From an uncultured Thermococci archaeon (GTDB lineage: Archaea > Methanobacteriota_B > Thermococci > Thermococcales > Thermococcaceae), in assembly GCA_964615185.1 (NCBI GenBank), contig CAZTOS010000002.1, positions 34,305 to 81,653 of the forward strand: a DNA stretch of 47,349 nucleotides, given 5' to 3'. This document shows, in pieces, positions 40,404 to 47,349 of the stretch. Each line of letters opens with the position of its first letter. Within the stretch, counting starts at the first letter, position 1. The position numbers and the translations under genes are program-made. The notes beneath the pieces are model-generated. The model ran no database searches. It had not been told where the DNA came from and was given only the letters and a program-made list of their open reading frames with translations.

Positions 40404-41646
40404 AAATCACTTTTTTCCAGATTTCCCTAACCTTATTCACGTATTTTGCTGGTGAAGCAATGAGCACAGCCCATCTTGGAGTTTGCCTTCTCTTTAAGGC
40501 ATTCGCCAGGGGGGTCACTTTTGTAAGGGGTTGCAGTTCTCCAGTGTGGAGCAATACATTGATTTCCGTGGCTTTTAGCCTTGGTTCACTCAGCATTAAA
40601 TCGGCAATTGAGAATTCAAGAATTACTTCCCCTTCTTTAGCTCCAACAGCATCTGCCAAGTTTCTCTCGATTTCCTGTCTTCTCTTGACGTTTCTGTATG
40701 CACTTAGCAATTCTTTTTTCTCCTCTGCAGAAAGCTCATCTGCACTTGCCAATACAGCTGCTTTGTATATGTCCCTGTATTTAATGCGCCTTACGATTTC
40801 ACCGGGATAACCTTCAAGATCCTCAAGCTCTACAAGAACTCTACAATCAGTCATTTTCCAGAAGTCCCAAAGATGACCTTCTTCAAGAGCAAACTCTAAA
40901 GCTCTCGTTAGCATTCCTTCAGCAATTTTAACTGCATGATGGAAGTAGACCCTTGAATACATCAAAGCTCTGGCAACCATCATTCCCTCTACTGCTTCAA
41001 TTCCTTTCTCATCCACCACAAGCTGACCGTTATAGATTTTTAGAACTTTTAAGAGCCTCTCAATGTCAATTATTCCGTGAGCAACACCAGTATAATGGGC
41101 ATCTCTCATGAGGTAGTCAATCTGATCAACATCAACATCCCCATGGAGCATCTGACCCAGATAACGCTTCTCATATTTGCCTAAAATCAGGTCAGCAACT
41201 TCCTTCGGTGAATAACCATAACTCTCAATTATCTCTGAAATGAACTCTCTGCCCTCTATCTCTCCATCAATGATATCTATTTTCCCGAGGATTATGTTCT
41301 GACCAAGATGCATGTGGTCATATTCTTTGACATAGTGCCTGTAAATCTGCTCAAATGTGTGAGAGAACGGTCCATGTCCAATGTCATGTAACAATGCTCC
41401 TATTTCAAGCAAAGTTTTCTCATCTTTATCAAGCTCGACCTCTTGAGATAGTCTGCTCGCTATGTTATAGGATCCAAGGGAATGCTCAAATCGTGAGTGA
41501 TTTGCTCCTGGGTATACAAGATATGCCAATCCAAGCTGCTTTATGCTCCTAAGTCTTTGAAACTCCGGAGTTTTCACTAAATCCAGAATGATTCCTTTAA
41601 TTTTCATGCTTCCGTGAATGGGATCGTGGATTATCTTTCCATCCAT
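40396..41646 (-). CDS. HD-domain phosphohydrolase (SAMHD1/dNTPase-like)
   Basis: DPIHG, FQRLR.IKQLG, HSRFEHSLG, LLHDIGHGPFSH, DVDQIDY..RD. Confidence 0.92.
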   Translation of the reverse strand: MDGKIIHDPIHGSMKIKGIILDLVKTPEFQRLRSIKQLGLAYLVYPGANHSRFEHSLGSYNIASRLSQEVELDKDEKTLLEIGALLHDIGHGPFSHTFEQIYRHYVKEYDHMHLGQNIILGKIDIIDGEIEGREFISEIIESYGYSPKEVADLILGKYEKRYLGQMLHGDVDVDQIDYLMRDAHYTGVAHGIIDIERLLKVLKIYNGQLVVDEKGIEAVEGMMVARALMYSRVYFHHAVKIAEGMLTRALEFALEEGHLWDFWKMTDCRVLVELEDLEGYPGEIVRRIKYRDIYKAAVLASADELSAEEKKELLSAYRNVKRRQEIERNLADAVGAKEGEVILEFSIADLMLSEPRLKATEINVLLHTGELQPLTKVTPLANALKRRQTPRWAVLIASPAKYVNKVREIWKKVIFS

Positions 41647-41764
41647 CTCTCTCACCTAAGAAGAATGTCAGAAAGAGCTTTTAAATAGATTTTGGCAATT
41701 TGACAATTTATCTTGCCTGACTATTGTCTCAATAAGAAATTGAGTATCAAAGAGAAGAAAAAAG

Positions 41765-43054
41765 TCAAATATCCTTTCCAACTATGAAAATTCTCTTCGT
41801 TTTGCCGGGCTTTTGTGGAAGCCTTTCCCTAACCTTTTCTGCAGGTACTGCTTCAATTATAAGCTCTGCCTGTTTTGAATCTTCAACCTCATACCTGACT
41901 GGGTTGTTTCCTTCATATATTAGGCTCCTAATTTCGTCTTCTACGCCCACAGGCTTCTCTCCGACATATCCAACCCTTATGATGGCTTTTGGCTTTGGAT
42001 TGCTGGGGGATAGCGGATGATATATAATCACAAAGTCAACTAAGAATGGATATCTATGAACAATACTAATGACTTGATCGAGATAAAGCGTTGCACCAGC
42101 TAAGCTTATTGCATCATGCGTCCTTATGATGCTCTTTATTTCACCATTTTCAATCCTTGCTAAATCTCCAGCATCATAATTGAACAAGGGCAAACCAGTT
42201 AGTTCTCCTTCTTTCATTACTTTTGTTACGTATATTTTATGATATGCCTTATACTCCTCGTCTTCTATACTATCTAAAACTATTATGGATTCTGGAAATG
42301 AAAAGTTAGTTGTCTTTTTCTTTGTTACAATTCGGTATCCAACACCGCCTTCCTCAGACATTCCCAAGGCGTCTATTATCATTGCATTTGGGAAGTTTTC
42401 CAACGTTGCCTTTGCAAGTTCTTCAGTTAAAGTTTCTCCTCCTACAAGAATAACTCTGATGTCTTTGCGGATATCTTCTGGAAGCTTTAATCCAAGCAAA
42501 AAAGCAGTTGTTGTCAGAGAGAATAACACTGTTGGTCTTATTGCTCTTAGTTCATTCACTAACAGGTTGGGCATGCGGATGAACTGGATAGGAATCTGAA
42601 AGTATACAACCTTGGCTCTAATCTCTTCAAGTCCACCGTATCCCATAATACCCGAAGCTGAGGGCAGTGGAGGGAAGAAAGATGCTATCCTGTCTCCTTT
42701 CTCAAGATATTGCTTAACCCATGGAATTAGCTGTCTCGCAACCCTTTTTTTATCATCAAGAGTGTAGGGGATTCTCTTTGGTTGACCTGTTGTTCCACTT
42801 GTTCTTACCACAGTATAAAATATGTCACAGTTTTTTATGTAATCTGGCCATACCTTTTCAGTATCGTAGAGATTCTTGGGGGTTATATACAGGGAGTTCA
42901 AATTTGAAACAAGAGTTTCCGGGGTCATGCTTTCAATGTCTATTCCAGAGAACCTTTCTTTCCAGTATTCGGTTGTTTCCACGGCTTTCTTTACAGTGTA
43001 TCGAAGGTCTTCAAAATCCTTCGGTGAAGTTTTACCAACCACCAACTCTGGCAT
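41765..43054 (-). CDS. PaaK-like ANL-superfamily adenylating enzyme
   Basis: RTSGTTGQPK, GGETL, GMSE, YDAGDLARI, KPGKTKRI; GGTGG RBS. Confidence 0.82.
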   Translation of the reverse strand: MPELVVGKTSPKDFEDLRYTVKKAVETTEYWKERFSGIDIESMTPETLVSNLNSLYITPKNLYDTEKVWPDYIKNCDIFYTVVRTSGTTGQPKRIPYTLDDKKRVARQLIPWVKQYLEKGDRIASFFPPLPSASGIMGYGGLEEIRAKVVYFQIPIQFIRMPNLLVNELRAIRPTVLFSLTTTAFLLGLKLPEDIRKDIRVILVGGETLTEELAKATLENFPNAMIIDALGMSEEGGVGYRIVTKKKTTNFSFPESIIVLDSIEDEEYKAYHKIYVTKVMKEGELTGLPLFNYDAGDLARIENGEIKSIIRTHDAISLAGATLYLDQVISIVHRYPFLVDFVIIYHPLSPSNPKPKAIIRVGYVGEKPVGVEDEIRSLIYEGNNPVRYEVEDSKQAELIIEAVPAEKVRERLPQKPGKTKRIFIVGKDI

Positions 43055-43179
43055 AGAAAACCACCATTTAAGGTATTTCTGAAAATATTTAAGTCTTTGG
43101 GAACTAAATTGATAATACTTCAATTTTTAATTGCAGATTATACAAAACTTTTAAAAACTTGTGAAACAAAAAAGATTTC

Positions 43180-44241
43180 ATGAGATATGGAGAAGTGAAA
43201 GAAATTTACGATGATCCTTTTCATGTCTCTGAGGATACTACAATAAGCTATCTAAAGAACATCTTTGAATTTCATTTCGAAAACACACCTTACTGGAATG
43301 CAGTAAGAAAAAGCCAAAAGACAAATTTAGAATCAATTTTTGAAGGTAATCTCGAGGAGACTGTTGAAAAAATATTCAACTCCCATCTCTTTATTAATAA
43401 CAATGAGTTCAGAGAGAACTGGCTTAGCTTTTTGCCAAGGAACTATAAGGGCAAACTTAGATTTTACCAATCTTCTGGAACTACCGGGCCAAGGTCTTTA
43501 TGCCATTGGGACTATGAATACGTTAAACTGCTGGTTTTTTATCTACGGGAAGCTCTTGATGAAATTTATCATCTTGATGAAATTTATAACGAATTCCATC
43601 AAATGAAAGCATTGCTTCATGGCCCATATGGCTGGTACCAGGAAGAGATGAGTGAACTGGTGTGGTCGTACGGAGGAGTTCTATATTTTATCGCCACGGA
43701 GACCGAAGGTCTGAAAAGAGTCCTTGAAAAGGAAGGTATTCGGGGTGCAATGAAGTTTTTGGAACCCCTTGTTAAATACTCCCAGAGAGTCCTTGAAAAG
43801 GACAGGATAAACCTGACAAGAACCGCTGTACAGCTACTGGATATATTTGTCCCATATAGAGAAAATCTGGAAATAATCATGCTGAGTGGAACCAGCACTA
43901 CCCTTGATGCACTCAAGCGATATCAAAAAGAGTTTGAAGATTCAACTTTCATTCCGCTTTATGGACACTTTGCATTTGGCGATGTCATTGGAATGTACAC
44001 AGAAAAAGAAATACGATATTATCCCAACTATCCCTTCACAGTAATCTTGCCTCTTGTTCTCGAAGATGGAACATACCGAATCGCCAAGTATGGAGAGAGG
44101 GGTTACACGGGCATTATAATAGCGAGACCAGAAATATTGATAGTCAAAATAGAGAACGAGCTTATAACAAGAGTTCCACCAGTAAAACCATTTAAATGGG
44201 ATGGGTTTGCTAATCCAAATAGGGAGGGGATAATATGTTAG
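43180..44241 (+). CDS. Divergent PaaK/LuxE-like adenylating-fold protein
   Basis: HFENTPYW, YQSSGTTGP, LSGT, PLYG, YGERG; lacks the small C-terminal ANL domain. Confidence 0.65.
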   Translation: MRYGEVKEIYDDPFHVSEDTTISYLKNIFEFHFENTPYWNAVRKSQKTNLESIFEGNLEETVEKIFNSHLFINNNEFRENWLSFLPRNYKGKLRFYQSSGTTGPRSLCHWDYEYVKLLVFYLREALDEIYHLDEIYNEFHQMKALLHGPYGWYQEEMSELVWSYGGVLYFIATETEGLKRVLEKEGIRGAMKFLEPLVKYSQRVLEKDRINLTRTAVQLLDIFVPYRENLEIIMLSGTSTTLDALKRYQKEFEDSTFIPLYGHFAFGDVIGMYTEKEIRYYPNYPFTVILPLVLEDGTYRIAKYGERGYTGIIIARPEILIVKIENELITRVPPVKPFKWDGFANPNREGIIC

Positions 44242-45332
44242 GAGTTCCTGCATATATTCTCGCTGAGCTTTTACTTGTTATGGCACTGGATTTATTAGCA
44301 TTTATGTTTGTTTTTAGGGCTTATCTAAAAACTAAAAGAAAATCTGCCCTGGTTTTTTCCCTCGCGTGGTTATCGGATTTCCTTACAATACTTTTTACAG
44401 GTTTTAATAAGCATGTATCGAGTTCATTCTTTATCGCATTGTTTGGAGCTCTGATTACTTATGGAATACTCATATTTTTAGAGGAAGAGAAGGAAGCTTT
44501 GCCGTTGAATCAAGTTAAGACAGCTACCATGCTCCCTCCAATTTTTGTCATATACCTGGTTCTTCTAAAAAACTATGCAGGAATCAGTGAATGGACACTA
44601 ATAGTAGGTGGTTCTTGGTTTTTAGCTGGAGCATTTTCGATTTTTGCTGGCGTTTTCATAAGGAATTTGGCGAATATCTACGAAAAAAGTGTACGTTATC
44701 TTTACTATGGTTTTGTCCTTTTTGGTCTCCATCTTTTGCCGTTTCCATTCTTTGCTCGTTATGAGTGGTACGCCCCAATTGGACTTACAGCTTCAACAAT
44801 TTTGATAGTCTTCCTGACAACAACCATGATTCATTTGGTGTTATCCCCACGGTTTACAAAATTATATGAGGTATCAAAGGAATCAAAGAGAATGAAAATT
44901 GATATAAAACCGGGAGTTTTGATCGTAAACCAAAATGAATACAAACAATTGGAAGTAAAACTAAAGGAAATGCCAGCATTAGCATTTTTGAGAAACATAA
45001 TAAGTGTCCCAGAGAAGTGGGAATACTTTTTTGTAACCACAGTAATCAAAGATAACACTCGAAAAGTGGTATCTCCCACAGATCTACCAAAGATAACCGA
45101 ACTTGTATATAGATACCTCAAAGCCGCTGCAGACGCTAATACTCCGGGTATTATAATTATTGACTGCTTGGAATATCTATTAGTCTATAACGAGCCTACT
45201 TCGGTTATGAAGTTCCTTACCAAGCTAAGGGATTTAATCTTAGTTCACAAAGGTACTCTAATCCTTGTTGCTGAGAAATCGGCATTAGGAGATAAGAACT
45301 GGGCTCTGCTCACCAAGTTGTTAGGTGACTGA
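44235..45332 (+). CDS. Multi-TM (about 7 TM) membrane protein with C-terminal DUF835 domain
   Basis: Hydrophobic N-terminus; SPTDL, IIIIDCLEYLLVYN, KFLTKLRD. Confidence 0.85.
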   Translation: MLGVPAYILAELLLVMALDLLAFMFVFRAYLKTKRKSALVFSLAWLSDFLTILFTGFNKHVSSSFFIALFGALITYGILIFLEEEKEALPLNQVKTATMLPPIFVIYLVLLKNYAGISEWTLIVGGSWFLAGAFSIFAGVFIRNLANIYEKSVRYLYYGFVLFGLHLLPFPFFARYEWYAPIGLTASTILIVFLTTTMIHLVLSPRFTKLYEVSKESKRMKIDIKPGVLIVNQNEYKQLEVKLKEMPALAFLRNIISVPEKWEYFFVTTVIKDNTRKVVSPTDLPKITELVYRYLKAAADANTPGIIIIDCLEYLLVYNEPTSVMKFLTKLRDLILVHKGTLILVAEKSALGDKNWALLTKLLGD

Positions 45333-45629
45333 CCTCCTTTACCTTTTGCGAGGGTTTCAGCGACTTGCCATTGGACGGAGAGGTTTGCGAGCTCATCACC
45401 CCCAGAGGCCACTTCAAGAGTTTTAACTACTTAAGGGCGGTTCTTAGGAAGATGCCTTATGGCTTTAACCCTCCGAGAGCGGAGGATAACATGAAACCTC
45501 TTTGAGGGGTATGGGGCTTTTTCAATGCCATTACGCTGGCTCTCTGCACATCCCCACCCCGAGGCTTTCAAAAGGAAAATGTAAGGTATAAAAAGAAGAA
45601 CTTATAAGCCTCACGAACATAAGAATATA

Positions 45630-45849
45630 ATGCCCCTGCGCGAGGACCCCGGGGAAAATGAACCGGGGGGCGATGCGGGGGCAACAGCTCGGTCATAGCG
45701 AGGTCCCCACGGGAGAGCCTTCCGCGTTACGGAGCACGATGACCGTGGGTAACCCTGACCGAGCACAATTCTGCCCGCCTGGGTTAACCCGCTTGAGAAT
45801 GCCGTTCTCTGGCTTCGATGAAGGCGGGGGTTACGGGCGGGCAACATAT
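45630..45849 (+). ncRNA. Box H/ACA guide RNA, three hairpins (HgcG/Pab40-like)
   Basis: GCCCC..GGGGC-A-ACA, GCTCGGTCA..TGACCGAGC-ACA, GCCCGCC..GGCGGGC-A-ACA; TTATAA at 45602-07. Confidence 0.85.
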
Positions 45850-45937
45850 CCTTGTCTCTTCCCAAAATTTAGTGGGTCATGTTATAAGTCGTTATTACCA
45901 AAAATATAAAGCATAGAAAAGTAGAAGAAACAACCGA

Positions 45938-47349
45938 TCAACCCATCATATTCATGCTGCCCATTCCGCCCATGCCTTCCATTCCCTGCCCAGAACCTTC
46001 GCTCTTAACTCTCTTTGCAGCTATGACGTCGTCTATTCTGAGGATCATGACTGCTGCTTCGCTTGCGCTCTTGATTGCCTGCTTCTTAACTCTCACAGGC
46101 TCAATGACACCCCTCTCAAGCATATCAGCAGGCTCACCAGCAAAGACGTCAATTCCTATTGCCTTACCCTTAGTCTTGTGTTCACTGATGACCTTAACAA
46201 GCACGTCAATTGTGTCAAGTCCAGCATTCTCTGCTAAAGTTTTTGGAATTATCTTAAGTGCTTCTGAGAATGCTTCAACTGCTAAAGCTTCTTTGCCTCC
46301 AACTTGCTTTCCGTACTCATCAAGTCTGATAGAAAGCTCAATCTCAGTTGCGCCTCCTCCTGGGAGAATTGCACCGTCTTCCATAACATCCTTGACGACT
46401 TTAACGGCATCTTCAAGGGCTCTCTCAACTTCATCAATTACGTGTTCTGTTCCACCTCTGATGAGGATTGTTACTGCCTTTGGATTTCTACAACCCTCAA
46501 CAGAGATCATGCTCTCTCCGGCAATTTTGCGCTCTTCAACAAGCTCTGCATAACCCAGATCATCTGAAGTTAGATCTTTTACATTTGTGACGATCTTAGC
46601 TCCCGTTGCTTTTGCAAGCTTCTCCATATCACTCTTCTTGACCCTTCTCACTGCCAAGATTCCAGCCTTGGCTAAATAGTGCTGTGCCAAGTCATCAATA
46701 CCCTTCTGGACAAACACAACGTTTGTACCAGTAGCAATAATTTGGTCAACCATCTCCTTGAGCATTTTCTCCTCCTGCTCAAGGAACGCATAAAGCTGGT
46801 CTGGTGCTGTGATGTTGATTTTTGCATCTGTCTCTGTCTTTTTAACTTCAAGAGCATCATTAATTAGAGCTATTTTTGCGTTTTCAACTCTCTTTGGCAT
46901 TCTTGGGTGAACCCTCTCTTTGTCTATTACAACACCCTTGATAAGCTGACTTTCTTCAACGCTCTCTCCTTCCTTCTTCTCAATCTTGATGTTGTCAATG
47001 TCCACATGATATCTGTCACCATCCTTCTCCGCAACCTGCTTAACCGCCTCAACAGCCAACTTAGCCAGGTGTTCTCTGTGAGACTCAGCACTCTTACCAG
47101 TGATTGCGGTTTTTGCTATTTTGAGCAAAGTTTCCTCGTCTTCTGGGTCAACTTTTATGGCAATATTCTCAAGTATCTCTTGAGCTTTTTCAACAGCTAA
47201 AGTGTAACCTTTAACAATTATTGAAGGATGAATGTTCTGGTCGAGTAACTCTTCAGCTTTTCTTAAAAGCTCACCGGCAATAACAACAGCCGTCGTTGTA
47301 CCGTCACCAGCCTCCTTGTCCTGGGTCTTAGCAACCTCAACCATCATTT
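45938..47349 (-). CDS. thsA: Thermosome (group II chaperonin) subunit with GGM tail (alpha/CpkA-type), 5' end outside the window
   Basis: [24 protein letters not shown]-terminal [15 protein letters not shown]. Confidence 0.93.
   Translation of the reverse strand, partial: MMVEVAKTQDKEAGDGTTTAVVIAGELLRKAEELLDQNIHPSIIVKGYTLAVEKAQEILENIAIKVDPEDEETLLKIAKTAITGKSAESHREHLAKLAVEAVKQVAEKDGDRYHVDIDNIKIEKKEGESVEESQLIKGVVIDKERVHPRMPKRVENAKIALINDALEVKKTETDAKINITAPDQLYAFLEQEEKMLKEMVDQIIATGTNVVFVQKGIDDLAQHYLAKAGILAVRRVKKSDMEKLAKATGAKIVTNVKDLTSDDLGYAELVEERKIAGESMISVEGCRNPKAVTILIRGGTEHVIDEVERALEDAVKVVKDVMEDGAILPGGGATEIELSIRLDEYGKQVGGKEALAVEAFSEALKIIPKTLAENAGLDTIDVLVKVISEHKTKGKAIGIDVFAGEPADMLERGVIEPVRVKKQAIKSASEAAVMILRIDDVIAAKRVKSEGSGQGMEGMGGMGSMNMMG

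Noticed and set aside
45954..46553. 199-aa plus-strand ORF and the many other antisense ORFs in the track
   Set aside because: Shadow frames of well-supported genes on the opposite strand

Overview
Archaeal chromosomal window; gene content and the TATA/GGTGA-RBS style point to Thermococcales, probably Thermococcus. Bases ~0.6-21.7 kb are a cobamide (B12) salvage cluster (cobD, cbiB, DUF71 paralog, cobZ, cobS, cobY, cbiP, btuF, cobT, cbiZ) broken up by accessory DNA: two toxin-antitoxin pairs, an archaeal ATPase, xpb/bax1, a frameshifted IS6 with 16-bp IRs and an 8-bp target duplication, and a four-gene candidate RiPP cluster (48-aa precursor, RRE-radical SAM-SPASM maturase, ABC exporter), which is the top candidate for an undescribed system. 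A 17-bp palindrome (about YTGGA-N7-TCCAR) recurs at five promoters of the cob cluster, suggesting a B12 regulon operator. The right half holds housekeeping genes (rbkR, nfi, translin, mat, AK6, htpX, tiaS, thermosome), three H/ACA guide RNAs, a C/D sRNA predicted to methylate C34 of tRNA-Leu(CAA), more TA modules with a triple operator, a collapsed type IIG R-M pseudogene, an ATPase+TOPRIM pair, and a divergent pair of adenylating enzymes linked to a membrane DUF835 protein. All calls come from reading motifs; no searches were run.
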